This document shows positions 1 through 10,524 of a DNA stretch of 64,000 nt, piece after piece. The stretch lies in the NCBI GenBank assembly GCA_947649935.1, contig CANSTR010000002.1, forward strand, positions 2,075 to 66,074. Reading direction: 5' to 3'. Both the position numbers and the translations under genes were made by a program. This DNA comes from an uncultured Clostridia bacterium (GTDB lineage Bacteria > Bacillota > Clostridia > TANB77 > CAG-508). The notes below the pieces were generated by a model. That model ran no database searches. It saw nothing but the letters and a program-made list of their open reading frames with translations, and had not been told where the DNA came from. Numbering within the stretch: the stretch's first letter is position 1; every line of letters starts with the position of its first letter.

Positions 1-2
1 GA

Positions 3-1028
3 ATTATTACAGTAGATGAGCTTCCTGAAGAATGTGAATATCGTTATGAACAATATGGAAAATGGTATGGTTTATCTCCTAGAATGTTGGCGGAGTATAG
101 AAAAAATGGAAAAATACCAGTAACAATTATTAATAATCCAGAAGTGTTGAAACAATTACGACGCAAATTTGGAAGTAGTATGAAATCGTATTTTGTGCAT
201 AGAAGAAAACCAAATCGTGGGGAGTTTACAGGGATTTATCTAAGAGAGCGTGGTGGCGTGCCTGACCCTGATGTGATAGAGAAAAGATATCAAGCTGCAT
301 TAGAGATTTATAAGATGTATCCGAATGAAATTATGTTATTTGATAATGTTATCTTTAATGTGGGTGATGGTTTTGACGAAGTAATAGAAATTTTAAATCA
401 GATTTTTGAGAATCCAGTGGGACCAAGAAACTTGCAAGGAAATAAAATTTATGTTATTGCAGGAGGTCCTGGTTCGGGAAAGAAATTTTTGGTTCAAAGG
501 GCAGAGGATATGGGATGTTTGCAAGTTCAAAAACATGCTGATAGACAAAGAAATCCGAATGATGGAACAGAAATCATCTGTAAGGGAGAGCCGGGGTATA
601 ATCTGGAAAAGTGCAAATTACGATACAAACGATTTGAAACGGAGTATGGCATTGATACAGACAGAATGTGGGAAAATCTGATTATTGGAGATAAGCCACA
701 GATTCTTTTGTGCAGTGATATAGATACATTGCGAGAACTAAAAAGACGATATGGAGAAGCGATTGTTTCGATTTATGTGCATTCTGACATGACGCCAGAA
801 GAATGGGCTCAGAGAAATAATCAGCAAGGAAATAATTTGGATTATATTGAAAATAGAATGTCTGATTATGATTCTGCCTTTGAAAATTATGCAAAATATT
901 TTAGTGAGTATGATAAATCGTTTATTTATGCAGGAAGCGAAAGAGAATTAATGAAACAGTTTGCAGGAGTGCTTGGAATTCCTTGTAAATCAGCAAAGAA
1001 GGCAAAGGAGGAAATAAGGATAGGATAA
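3..1028 (+). CDS. Tandem guanylate-kinase-like P-loop protein, 5' part outside window
   Basis: Frame is open from position 3 (IITVDELPEECEYRYEQYGKWYGLSPRM...). The C-terminal domain has GGPGSGK and a GK-like KHADRQRNPNDG...YRY..YG motif; a similar YRY..YG..YG motif at the window start suggests a second upstream domain. Confidence 0.6.
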   Translation: MITVDELPEECEYRYEQYGKWYGLSPRMLAEYRKNGKIPVTIINNPEVLKQLRRKFGSSMKSYFVHRRKPNRGEFTGIYLRERGGVPDPDVIEKRYQAALEIYKMYPNEIMLFDNVIFNVGDGFDEVIEILNQIFENPVGPRNLQGNKIYVIAGGPGSGKKFLVQRAEDMGCLQVQKHADRQRNPNDGTEIICKGEPGYNLEKCKLRYKRFETEYGIDTDRMWENLIIGDKPQILLCSDIDTLRELKRRYGEAIVSIYVHSDMTPEEWAQRNNQQGNNLDYIENRMSDYDSAFENYAKYFSEYDKSFIYAGSERELMKQFAGVLGIPCKSAKKAKEEIRIG

Positions 1029-1558
1029 TGGAGAAAATTGATGTTTTGGATGAAAATGGAAATCAAACAGGCGAGGTTGTGACACGAGAAGAAGTGCATC
1101 GATTAGGACTATGGCATAAATGTGTACATATTTGGATTATCAATGGAAAAGGTGAGGTTTTGCTGCAAAAAAGAAGTGCACAAAAAATTATGAGTCCAAA
1201 TAAATGGACGACAGCTACATCAGGGCATCTATCAGCAGGAGATTCTAATGTTCAAGGAGCAATTCGCGAATTGAGCGAAGAAATTGGATTACAGGTAAAT
1301 GAAAATGAACTAAAGTATTTATTTTCAGTAAAGGAAAATACCATAAATGAAGAAAAGCATGTTATAGATAAGGAATTAATTGACGTTTTTTTAATGAGAA
1401 AAGAGGTAGATATTAAAAACTTGAAATTGCAAGAAGAGGAAGTGTCTGATGTAAAATGGTTTTCGTATGAAGAATTTAAAAAGATGGTTTTGGAAGATGA
1501 CGAAAATCTTGTAGCACATCGAGAGATGCAAGTTAAGATGCTGGAAATTTTGGAATAG
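1028..1558 (+). CDS. NUDIX hydrolase (IPP isomerase-like subfamily)
   Basis: GHLSAGDSNVQGAIRELSEEIG Nudix box; VHRLGLWHKCVHIWI N-terminus. Confidence 0.85.
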   Translation: MEKIDVLDENGNQTGEVVTREEVHRLGLWHKCVHIWIINGKGEVLLQKRSAQKIMSPNKWTTATSGHLSAGDSNVQGAIRELSEEIGLQVNENELKYLFSVKENTINEEKHVIDKELIDVFLMRKEVDIKNLKLQEEEVSDVKWFSYEEFKKMVLEDDENLVAHREMQVKMLEILE

Positions 1559-1574
1559 GAAAATGAAAAAAATA

Positions 1575-1603
1575 TTGATTTTGTAAATAAAGTATGGTAT
1601 AAT
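1575..1603 (+). promoter_or_regulatory. sigma-A promoter of the type III TA operon
   Basis: TTGATT-17 nt-TATAAT with extended TGn. Confidence 0.7.
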
Positions 1604-1642
1604 GAATACAATAGAATTGATAAGTTAATTTATCAATCAAAT

Positions 1643-1786
1643 TAGGGTATCACAGACCTTTGAATTATTTCATAAAGTGAATTTCAGGTTAGATATGAGC
1701 CTTTAGACGATGATTCTATAAACGAATATCCGATTGAACATTAGGTTAGAAACGAGCCTTTAGAAAAATTCTATAAACGAGTTTCC
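1643..1786 (+). ncRNA. Type III TA RNA antitoxin: three diverged pseudoknot repeats
   Basis: Repeats start near 1644, 1686 and 1743: AGG(G/T)T..(A/G)CCT stem, loop-to-3' pairing TCAC/GTGA, GATAT/ATATC, GAAAC/GTTTC, and an internal TTT(A)GA..TC(T)ATAAA hairpin. They lie between the promoter and a terminator, upstream of a ToxN-family gene. Confidence 0.8.
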
Positions 1787-1799
1787 AGAAAAATTATGG

Positions 1800-1825
1800 G
1801 GGAATACAAAAAGTATTCCCTTTTT
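1800..1825 (+). terminator. Intrinsic terminator between antitoxin repeats and toxin
   Basis: GGGAATAC-AAAAA-GTATTCCC-TTTTT. Confidence 0.85.
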
Positions 1826-1839
1826 GTATATGGAGGAAA

Positions 1840-2223
1840 ATGAAAGATAATAAAAAACTAAAATTAGAAAGATTAAATTTTTTTGTGATAGATCATAATT
1901 ATATAAATTTTTTGAGTCAATTTGACAAGCACATTGCGTACAATAAAGATGAAAAAAGACCCTATGTGGGAATTATATTGAAAATAAGAGAATATTGTTA
2001 TTTTGCACCTTTGTTTTCTCCGAAGTTAAAACATAAAATGTATAAAGATAATTTATCTTTTTTCAAAATTATAAGTAGAAAATCCAAAAATAATTTAGGA
2101 ATTATTAGATTTTCTAATATGATACCTGTACCACAAGAAAGTGTTTGTTTGTTGGATACAGAAAATAAAAGTTATGGGTATAAAAGATTGCTTTCAGAAC
2201 AATGCTTAAATTACAGAAAGTAA
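1840..2223 (+). CDS. ToxN/AbiQ-family type III toxin (endoribonuclease), probably C-terminally truncated
   Basis: KRPYVGIIL...YFAPLFSPK...LGIIRFSNMIPVP motifs; 127 aa is shorter than typical ToxN. Confidence 0.8.
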   Translation: MKDNKKLKLERLNFFVIDHNYINFLSQFDKHIAYNKDEKRPYVGIILKIREYCYFAPLFSPKLKHKMYKDNLSFFKIISRKSKNNLGIIRFSNMIPVPQESVCLLDTENKSYGYKRLLSEQCLNYRK

Positions 2224-2323
2224 AAAATTCTTGAAAAAATTTTTCAATTATGATACAATCATCAAAACAAAGATAATAATTTATTTTTGCCGAAATAGAA
2301 TAATCATAGAAAGAAGGTAAAAT

Positions 2324-3559
2324 ATGATTAAAATTAATGAGAATTTTTTAGAATTGCAAGAGAGTTATTTGTTTTCTACAATAGCAAAAAAGGTGGCGGA
2401 TTTTCAAAGCAAAAATCCAGACAAGAAAATCATTAAATTGGGAATTGGAGATGTCACAAGACCAATTGTGCCAGCCGTTGTTAAAGCAATGAAAAAGGCA
2501 GTTGAGGAACAGGGAAAAGCAGAAACATTTCGAGGTTATGGTCCTGCTGAGCAATGTTATGATTTTTTAAAAGAGAAAATTGCGAAGTTTGATTATAAAA
2601 AAAGAGGTGTAGAAGTTTTGCCAGATGAAATTTTTGTATCAGATGGCGCAAAATGTGACTGTGGAAATATCGGCGATATTTTTGGAGTTGATAATGTTGT
2701 TGCCATTACAGACCCTGTCTATCCAGTGTATTTAGATACTAATGTGATGGCAGGAAGAGCGGGAAAATATAAGGCAGAAACTGGCACTTATGAAAACATG
2801 ATTTATATGCCAGCAACGGCAGAAAATGGATTTGTGCCAAGTTTTCCAGAAAAAGTGCCAGATATGATTTATTTGTGTTTGCCAAACAATCCAACTGGTA
2901 CAACTTTGACGAAAGCGCAGTTGAAAATGTGGGTAGATTATGCGAAGAAAAATAAAGCAATCATTTTATTTGACGCGGCTTATGAGGCATTTATTAGTGA
3001 GGAGAGCGTGCCACATACGATTTATGAAATTGAAGGCGCAAAGGAAGTTGCAATTGAGTTTAGAAGTTTTTCAAAAACGGCTGGATTTACGGGAATTCGT
3101 TGCGCTTATACCGTTGTACCAAAAACGTTAAAAGGTTATACAAAATCAGGCGAAGAAGTTTCAATTTATAATTTATGGAATCGACGCCGTGCTACAAAAT
3201 TCAATGGAGTTTCCTATCCTGTGCAACGCGCGGCAGAGGCGGTTTATTCAGAAGAAGGGCAAAAGCAAATTAAGGAAAATATTCAGTATTATATGGAAAA
3301 TGCGAAAATGATTAAAGAAGGATTGCAAGCGGCTGGTTATACGGTATTTGGAGGCGTAAACGCACCTTATATTTGGCTAAAAGTGCCAGATGGCATGACT
3401 TCTTGGGAATTCTTCGATAAATTGCTAGCAGAAGCAAATGTTGTAGGTACTCCAGGCGTAGGGTTTGGACCAAGTGGCGAAGGATATTTTCGCTTAACTG
3501 CTTTTGGAACCAGAGAAAATACACTTGAGGCGATTGAAAGAATTAAAAACAGAGTATAA
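2324..3559 (+). CDS. dapL: LL-diaminopimelate aminotransferase
   Basis: [46 protein letters not shown] motifs. Confidence 0.95.
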   Translation: MIKINENFLELQESYLFSTIAKKVADFQSKNPDKKIIKLGIGDVTRPIVPAVVKAMKKAVEEQGKAETFRGYGPAEQCYDFLKEKIAKFDYKKRGVEVLPDEIFVSDGAKCDCGNIGDIFGVDNVVAITDPVYPVYLDTNVMAGRAGKYKAETGTYENMIYMPATAENGFVPSFPEKVPDMIYLCLPNNPTGTTLTKAQLKMWVDYAKKNKAIILFDAAYEAFISEESVPHTIYEIEGAKEVAIEFRSFSKTAGFTGIRCAYTVVPKTLKGYTKSGEEVSIYNLWNRRRATKFNGVSYPVQRAAEAVYSEEGQKQIKENIQYYMENAKMIKEGLQAAGYTVFGGVNAPYIWLKVPDGMTSWEFFDKLLAEANVVGTPGVGFGPSGEGYFRLTAFGTRENTLEAIERIKNRV

Positions 3560-3642
3560 TATAAGAATGAATATTTTATTGACAACAAATTTGTTTTAGT
3601 ATAAAATAAATTTAAAGTATACAGAAGAATAGGAGGATACAG

Positions 3643-4596
3643 ATGAATCTTAAATATGTGCTAGATTATGGAAAACATGTGAAAGAAATGGAGAGAGAAA
3701 ATAGAGGTTCACAAGCAAGAGTAGGTTTTATAAAGGGATTGATTGATCAAAAAACAGCAGATATTATTTCTGTAACACAAAAAGGTGAAGTAAGTACTTG
3801 GGAAAGAATTAAAATAAAAAGAGAAGTAAAAGCTGATTTACAAAGAAGCATAGGAAGAGTTGGTTTAACAATGGCGGCATTGATAATGGCTGGTGGAATA
3901 GCAACGAAAGCAAGAAATGTTTTAACAGAAGGAACAGATAACAATAAAGTTGCTGTAGAAGCAAGTAATTTTGATGAGAGCTTGAAAGTTGATTTAGAAA
4001 AAGTAGTGGAACAAGATGAGATTTTAAGGGAAAATGTAGAAAACGAGATAGATAGCTTAAGTAATTCAAAAGAAGTTCTCCAGAGCGTCAAAAAAATGTA
4101 TGTAGAAAAATATAATAGTGAAAATGGTACAAATTATAAAGCAAAAGATATAAAATTCTGGAAGCAGAGAGGCGAATTAGTAGAGAGCAAAGCCGAAAAT
4201 GGTGATAATATTGTTAGGTTATCAAAAGACAAGAGAATCTATCAACATACACCGACTTATATTGAAGTAAGTGTAGAAAAAGGAGAGTCAGCAACATTAT
4301 TAGAAAGAGGAACGATTGTTCTTCAAGATAAGTATCAAAATGTGTATGATTATGATGAAAATGTAGCAATGGATAAAGAAGCCAATGAATTAGGAGAAGT
4401 CATTTGCACAGGAATAGATTATAGTATTGCTTTAAATCATAAAGAAGAAAATTCTATGGAAACAATGGAAAAATATAAAGAGAGATTTAAAGTGGCGATG
4501 ATTGAATATAGAGAGTCTAAAATTGATAAAGTTATCCATGAAAAGAAAACGGAAGCAGTAGCTCAATTAGAAGATAGTGAAAAAGAAAGAGATTAA
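3643..4596 (+). CDS. Hypothetical protein with one internal hydrophobic segment
   Basis: 317-aa ORF with AGGAGG RBS; hydrophobic VGLTMAALIMAGGIA. Confidence 0.6.
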   Translation: MNLKYVLDYGKHVKEMERENRGSQARVGFIKGLIDQKTADIISVTQKGEVSTWERIKIKREVKADLQRSIGRVGLTMAALIMAGGIATKARNVLTEGTDNNKVAVEASNFDESLKVDLEKVVEQDEILRENVENEIDSLSNSKEVLQSVKKMYVEKYNSENGTNYKAKDIKFWKQRGELVESKAENGDNIVRLSKDKRIYQHTPTYIEVSVEKGESATLLERGTIVLQDKYQNVYDYDENVAMDKEANELGEVICTGIDYSIALNHKEENSMETMEKYKERFKVAMIEYRESKIDKVIHEKKTEAVAQLEDSEKERD

Positions 4597-4691
4597 TTTT
4601 AGGTATAAAACCCCCTAAATTTGGAAATAATTAAGTTATCTTAAAATTAAATTTATTTTAATTTACTTATTTTCAAAAGGGGGTTTTCATT

Positions 4692-5466
4692 TTGATTAAC
4701 AAAGTTGAAATCAGTAACGTAAACACCTCTAAATTAAAAGTATTAACAAATGCAGAAAACAAAGAATTATTCAAACAAATGAAAGAAGGAGATGAAGCAG
4801 CAAGAGAAAAAATAATTTCCGGAAATTTAAGATTAGTATTAAGTGTGATTCAAAGATTTGGAGGACGTCGGAGAAAATGCTGACGATTTATTTCAAGTAG
4901 GTTGTGTAGGTTTGATTAAAGCCATTGATAATTTTGATGTAACATTAGACATCCAACTAAGCACCTATGCAGTACCTATGATTATCGGAGAAATTCGTAG
5001 ATATTTGAGGGATAATAATATGGTGCGTGTGAGTCGTTCGGTAAGAGATTTGGCGTACAAAGTATTGCAAGTGAAGGAAAAGATTACGAAAGAAACTGGA
5101 AAGGAGCCTAATGTGGATGAAATTGCAAAAGCATTAGAAGTTGAAAGAGAAGAGGTTGTTATGAGCTTAGATGCCATTCAAGACCCGCTTTCGCTACAAG
5201 AACCAGTTTACAATGACGGAAGTGATAGTATTTATTTGATGGACCAAGTGAAAGATAAGAAAAATACAGATGAGATGTGGGCTGAGAATATTACGATTGC
5301 AGAAGCGTTGAAGAAGTTGAATGAGAAGGAACAAATGATTATTAATAAACGATTTTTTGCGGGAAGGACGCAAATGGAGGTGGCGGAGGAAATTGGGATT
5401 TCGCAGGCGCAAGTGTCGCGCTTGGAGAAAACCGCGATTGACCATATGCGTAGATTGTATAAGTAA
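4692..5466 (+). CDS. sigG: Forespore sigma factor SigG, joined across a +1 shift at CGGA 4869-4872
   Basis: NKVEISNVNTSKL...GNLRLVLSVIQRFGGR | GENADDLFQVGCVGLIKAIDNFD...; removing C4869 gives one continuous SigG. Confidence 0.93.
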
Positions 5467-5492
5467 GCAGGATGATATCATTTTGCTACTTT

Positions 5493-5729
5493 TTAAAAGT
5501 CGACTAAAATGATATCATCGCCAATGCAAGTGATTTTTTCCCAAGGAATCACAATTTCATTCTCTGGAGAAAAAAAGTTAAAAGTTTTGGAACTACCAGG
5601 TACGATAATGGATGTTATCGTACCTGTTTTTAAATCAGCTGTCACATCTTGCACACGACCAAGGCGTTTCGCACCTTTTATATTGATGACTTCTTTGTGT
5701 CTAAAGTCCATTGCTTTTTCGTTGTTCAT
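5493..5729 (-). CDS. YlmC/YmxH-family sporulation protein (PRC barrel)
   Basis: FRHKEVINIKGAKRLG...IPWEKITCIGDDIILV; adjacent to sigG. Confidence 0.85.
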   Translation of the reverse strand: MNNEKAMDFRHKEVINIKGAKRLGRVQDVTADLKTGTITSIIVPGSSKTFNFFSPENEIVIPWEKITCIGDDIILVDF

Positions 5730-5836
5730 TTTTTGATATCCTTTCTTTTTAATAATATATGAGAAAAAAGAAGAAAAAGAATAAATTTCTAAAATTTGGA
5801 AAAGCTAAGGAAAATTTATTTTTAGGAGGAGCAAGT

Positions 5837-6163
5837 ATGCAACTTAGTAAGATGAAAAATATTATTGTTTTGAAAGGGATGTCATCCAATGTTGTGGATG
5901 AGGCAATTGTTGTTTTGAAGCCAAATGTAAAATTAAAGCAAAGTGAATATAATACCAAAGGAAAAACAAATCATGAGGATAAAAATAAAAAAATGATTGT
6001 GATGAAAGAGGCGGAAAATACGATTAATAATTATGTGAAAAAATTACAAAAGGAAAACAATGACAAAGAGGAAATGGTTTTGCGAAAAAAATATAGATTT
6101 TTGCAAGTGTGCAATGTTTTTCTAATTTCAAGCATTATTATTGCGACTTTGATTTTAGCATAA
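5837..6163 (+). CDS. Hypothetical protein with C-terminal membrane anchor
   Basis: AGGAGG RBS before ATG 5837; NIIVLK.MSSNVVDEAIVVLK; hydrophobic C-terminus. Confidence 0.6.
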   Translation: MQLSKMKNIIVLKGMSSNVVDEAIVVLKPNVKLKQSEYNTKGKTNHEDKNKKMIVMKEAENTINNYVKKLQKENNDKEEMVLRKKYRFLQVCNVFLISSIIIATLILA

Positions 6164-6219
6164 AATTTTGGACATAAAAATTCTTTTCAAGAATATATTG
6201 AATTATACAAAAGGGGTGA

Positions 6220-7041
6220 ATGTTTTTGGAAAGAATTTTAAATGACCATGAAAAAATAAAGAGAGCTGAAGAAATCTATTATAGAAGAAATCATAGAAAT
6301 ATTGCAATGGGAAATAGAGGGATTGAACCAAGACGTCAAAGAACGTATTTAGGTAGCAAAATTTTATTGGAAATGTTGATTTTGGTAATATTGGCAGTGA
6401 CGGTTTTTGCGGTAAAAAATAGAGATTATATTTTTACACAAAATTTTTTGCAGAGCATTTCAAAATACAATATTAATTTGAGTGAAAAGTTTGATTTTAT
6501 TATGGCGTATTTAAAAGAAGATCAGGAAACCGAAGGGGAAGGAATTTTTGTCAATAACCAGCCAGCAGAAGAGAATCAGCCTGTTATTGAAAAGACGGAA
6601 GAACCACAAAGTCTAGCGCCACAAGAACAAGCTCCTGCGCCTGTGCAAGAAAATCCCAATCCTTTTATCAAGCCAATTGAAGGAGTTGTTACTTCAGGAT
6701 TTGGAGCGAGAGAATCGGTCTATCAAAATGTGACAGGAAATCATACAGGAGTTGACATTGGAGCAGATAGCGGGACACAAATTAAGGCTTCTATGACTGG
6801 AACAGTAACACAAGTATCGAGCGAAGGCGATTATGGAAATCATATTCGTATTACGAAGGACAATGTAACAACCTTGTATGCACATTGCCAAGATATTTTT
6901 GTGGCTGAAGGACAAGAAATTACACAAGGACAAGTGATTGCAACAGTCGGAAGTACAGGAAATAGCACAGGACCACATTTGCATTTTGAAATTAGGGTAG
7001 ACGATACGCCAATCAATCCAGCAGAGAAAATAGATTTTTAG
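6220..7041 (+). CDS. M23 peptidase-domain membrane protein (SpoIVFA/SpoIIQ-like)
   Basis: HTGVDIG, YAHC, TGPHLHFEIR; one TM; directly upstream of spoIVFB. Confidence 0.85.
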   Translation: MFLERILNDHEKIKRAEEIYYRRNHRNIAMGNRGIEPRRQRTYLGSKILLEMLILVILAVTVFAVKNRDYIFTQNFLQSISKYNINLSEKFDFIMAYLKEDQETEGEGIFVNNQPAEENQPVIEKTEEPQSLAPQEQAPAPVQENPNPFIKPIEGVVTSGFGARESVYQNVTGNHTGVDIGADSGTQIKASMTGTVTQVSSEGDYGNHIRITKDNVTTLYAHCQDIFVAEGQEITQGQVIATVGSTGNSTGPHLHFEIRVDDTPINPAEKIDF

Positions 7042-7050
7042 GAGGCCATT

Positions 7051-7671
7051 TTGAAAGTAGAAATTAATTTGAAAATCATTTTATTTGGAATTTTGTTTTT
7101 TATTTTGGAGCAAATCGACGTATATTTCATTTTTATTATTTCTATTATTTTGCATGAAATGGCGCATTTATCAGTGGGAATGTTAATTGGTTTAAAGCCA
7201 AAAATATTTTCAATTAATCCCTTGGGCGTTTCGGTGGAATTTTATTTGTACCGACAAAGAAAAAGCTGGAAGAAAATCGTCACTTATTTAGCAGGTCCGC
7301 TCATGAATGTTTTGCTTGCGATTCTTTTTTCAAAAATTCCATTGGAAGAAAATCTGCAAATGAAAATTGTGTATACAAATATTATTTTAGCGATTTTTAA
7401 TCTGGTCCCAATTATGCCACTGGATGGAGGCAGAATTTTAAAGGAAATGTTAACACAAAAAATGGGCAACAAAGACGCAACCATTTTTATGAATGATTTG
7501 ACGCAAGTTATATTGGTAGCTGTTACATTAATTTATAGCATTATGATTTTAAAACTGCAAAATTTTGCTATTTTTTTACTGGTTCTGTATTTGTGGTATT
7601 TGAAATATATCGAGGATAAGAAAGTAAAAACGATGTTGAAAGCGTATGAGATTATTGAAAATAATTCGTAA
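7051..7671 (+). CDS. spoIVFB: M50 intramembrane metalloprotease SpoIVFB
   Basis: HEMAH, AGPLMN, FNLVPIMPLDGG. Confidence 0.8.
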   Translation: MKVEINLKIILFGILFFILEQIDVYFIFIISIILHEMAHLSVGMLIGLKPKIFSINPLGVSVEFYLYRQRKSWKKIVTYLAGPLMNVLLAILFSKIPLEENLQMKIVYTNIILAIFNLVPIMPLDGGRILKEMLTQKMGNKDATIFMNDLTQVILVAVTLIYSIMILKLQNFAIFLLVLYLWYLKYIEDKKVKTMLKAYEIIENNS

Positions 7672-7762
7672 AGGGCGATAAAAGATCGCTCTTAATTTTT
7701 TTCAAAAAACCCTTGCTTTTTTTTTATTTTGTGATAGAATAACGAAAAGGAGAGGAGAAAAT

Positions 7763-8359
7763 ATGTTTGCATATGTAAAAGGAATTTTAGAGGAAAAAAT
7801 GAGCAATTATGTCGTGGTTGAAACGGCTGGCATTGGATATAAAATTTTTATGTCAAAGAACGCGATTTTGAAAATTGGTGAGCTTGGCGATAATGTGAAA
7901 ATATACACACATTATCACGTAAGGGAAGACGAGATTAGTTTGTATGGTTTTTTGACAGGAGATGAATTAAAATTATTTGAATTGTTGATTTCTGTTAGTG
8001 GCGTAGGAGCAAAATCAGCCATTGCCATGCTTTCGAACGTCACACCATCGGAATTTATTATGTGTGTAGTGAAAAATGATATTACAAGATTGACGAAACT
8101 TCCGGGAATTGGGCAAAAATCAGCACAGCGCATTGTGTTGGAATTAAAGGATAAATTAAAAACAGAGCAGGAAACGGTAAAAGCAGAAGAAACAGAGAAT
8201 GTAATTCAAGTTACAGATTCGATAGAAGAGGCGATTTCCGCTTTGCAAATTTTAGGTTACAATAAGAAGGAAATCGAAAAAGCCTTGCAAAAATTTGATT
8301 ATCAATCCATGACAATTGAAGAAATCATCCGAAATGGATTGAAATTTTTATCAAAATAA
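7763..8359 (+). CDS. ruvA: Holliday junction branch migration protein RuvA
   Basis: HVREDEISLYGF, ISVSGVGAKSA, LPGIGQKSAQRIVLELKDK. Confidence 0.95.
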   Translation: MFAYVKGILEEKMSNYVVVETAGIGYKIFMSKNAILKIGELGDNVKIYTHYHVREDEISLYGFLTGDELKLFELLISVSGVGAKSAIAMLSNVTPSEFIMCVVKNDITRLTKLPGIGQKSAQRIVLELKDKLKTEQETVKAEETENVIQVTDSIEEAISALQILGYNKKEIEKALQKFDYQSMTIEEIIRNGLKFLSK

Positions 8360-8378
8360 CCAGATTAAGGAGAAAATC

Positions 8379-9642
8379 ATGGATTTAAACAAACCATTAG
8401 CCTATCGTATGCGTCCAAAAACATTAGAAGAATTTGTAGGACAAGAGCATATTGTTGGCAAAGATAAATTGTTGTATCGAACGATTCAGGCGGACAGATT
8501 GTCTAGCATTATTTTATGGGGACCGCCGGGTTGCGGAAAAACTTCGCTTGCCAAAGTGATTAGTGAAACCACAAAATATAAATTTACGAAAATTAATGCA
8601 GTAACGTCTGGTGTTTCGGATATCAAAAATGCAGTGGAAGAGGCGGATAATCCGCTTTTAAATCCAAGTGGAAGATGCATTTTGTTTATTGATGAAATTC
8701 ATCGTTTTAACAAATTACAGCAAGATGCGTTGTTGCCGTATGTGGAAGATGGTACAATTATTTTAATTGGTGCTACAACGGAAAATCCTTATTTTGAAGT
8801 GAATAAGGCTTTGCTTTCACGCTCCATGGTGATTAAACTGGAACCGTTAAAAAAAGAAAATATTGTACAAGTGTTGAAGAATGCGATTACGAGAAAAGAT
8901 GGTTTGGGAGAGTATCGTATTAAAATTTCGGATGACACGATTGATTCCATTGCCGAAATTTCAAATGGAGATGTGAGAACTGCTTTAAATGGGCTAGAAG
9001 TTGCGGTATTGACGACAAAAATAAATAGCAACGGAGAAATCGAAATCACAGACGAAATTGCGAGTCAAAGCATGAATACAAAAAAGGCAATGTTTGATAA
9101 AAAAGGAGATAGTCATTATGACAATATTAGTGCTATGATAAAATCGATGCGTGGAAGTGACCCAGATGCGGCTATTTTTTATCTGGCGCGTGCTTTAAAT
9201 GCAGGAGAGGACCCCGTTTTTTTGGCAAGAAGAATCGTCATGTGTAGCGCAGAAGATGTTGGAATGGCAAACCCAAACGCCTTGGTTGTGGCAACTTCTG
9301 CGATGGAGGCTGTCAGAATGGTAGGAATGCCAGAGGCGAAGCTGATTTTGGCAGAAGCAGCAACGTATGTTGCCGTTTCGAAAAAGTCAAATGCGACTTA
9401 TTTAGGCATTAATCGAGCGTTGGAAGATGTGAAAAATAAAGATACAGGCAGAATTCCAATGCATATTCGAAATGCGCCAGCACAGCGGAATGCAGCAATT
9501 TGGTTATGGCGAAGGTTACAAATATCCACACGATTTTCCAGGACATTGGTGTGAACAGCAATATTTGCCAGATGAGATGATTGATACGAAATATTATGTA
9601 AAAGACGAAAATTGCATCGATTTTCAAGAGAAAACGCCTTAG
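8379..9642 (+). CDS. rarA: Replication-associated recombination AAA+ ATPase RarA/MgsA, joined across a +1 shift at CGGA 9486-9489
   Basis: PLAYRMRP, GPPGCGKT, FIDEIHRFNK, KSMRGSDPDAA; the C-terminus HIRNAPAQ | GMQQFGYGEGYKYPHDFPGHWCEQQYLP continues in +1 to TAG at 9642. Confidence 0.93.
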
Positions 9643-9734
9643 AATGTCCTAAATTCCAGATTTTAAAACTTGACATAAAACAAGAAATGTGCTATCATTA
9701 TTTTTTGCATAAAAAAATTTTTTTCGCAAATCCT

Positions 9735-10098
9735 ATGAATATGAAAGACAAGAATTTTTGGAAAAACATGCTAATTGGATTTTTGGCAGGAATGGTAAGT
9801 GGATTTTTCAGTGCTGGTGGAGGTTTGCTATTGGTACCATATTTGACCTCAGGAGTCAAAATGGAAGAAGTTAGAGCTAGAGCCACAACAATTTTCTGTA
9901 TATTTGTCATGGTTTTTACGAGCCGGATGTTTCTATTTTGGCGAAAATTACATTGACTGGGGAATTGCTTTAAAATGCGCCATTGGCGGAATTGTTGGTG
10001 GTTATGTTGGGTCAAAGATTTTATTTCATGCCAATAAAAAATTTTTGCAGATTTCATTTATTGTATTTTTAATTTATGCGGGAGTAAAAATGATATGA
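9735..10098 (+). CDS. TauE/SafE-family (sulfite exporter-like) half protein 1, joined across a +1 shift at CGGA 9924-9927
   Basis: GFLAGMVSGFFSAGGGLLLVP...MVFTS | GCFYFGENYIDWGIALKCAIGGIVGGYVGSKIL. Confidence 0.8.
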
Positions 10099-10479
10099 AA
10101 GAAATTCTTTTTGGGCTGATTTCTGGAATCGTTGCATCACTTGGCATGGGTGGTGGCACGATTTTAATTTTATTGCTAAATTTGTTTGGAAGCATTGAGC
10201 AACATATGGTGCAAGGAGTGAATCTGGTTTTTTTTATTCCTACCTCGATTGTAGCGATTTATATGAATATCAAACACAAAACAATTGATTATCAAGTGGC
10301 AAAGCCATTGCTGATTTTTGGCGTAATTGGAGCCATTTGCCGGAAGTTTGTTATCGTTTAAAGTAGAGAATCAGAATTTAAAAAAATACTTTGGAATTTT
10401 TTTGCTAATCATCGCTTTTTTTCAAATTTATACATTTTTTAGACAGTATAGATTGGAGAAAAAGGCAAATAATAAGTAA
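10095..10479 (+). CDS. TauE/SafE-family half protein 2, joined across a +1 shift at CGGA 10341-10344
   Basis: SGIVASLGMGGGTILI...QGVNLVFFIP...GVIGAIC | GSLLSFKVENQNLKKYFGIFLLIIAFFQ, stop at 10479. Confidence 0.8.
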
Positions 10480-10524
10480 TATAAAAGATTATTTAAAAAA
10501 ATATAATAAATGGAGGAAATAAAG

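Noticed and set aside
2530-2560. Dap[10 protein letters not shown] in place of the usual GYGPEQGY
   Set aside because: In-frame variation with no frameshift or CGG; cannot be interpreted without homologues.
7763-8378. ruvA without adjacent ruvB
   Set aside because: ruvB may lie elsewhere in the genome; not assessable from this window.
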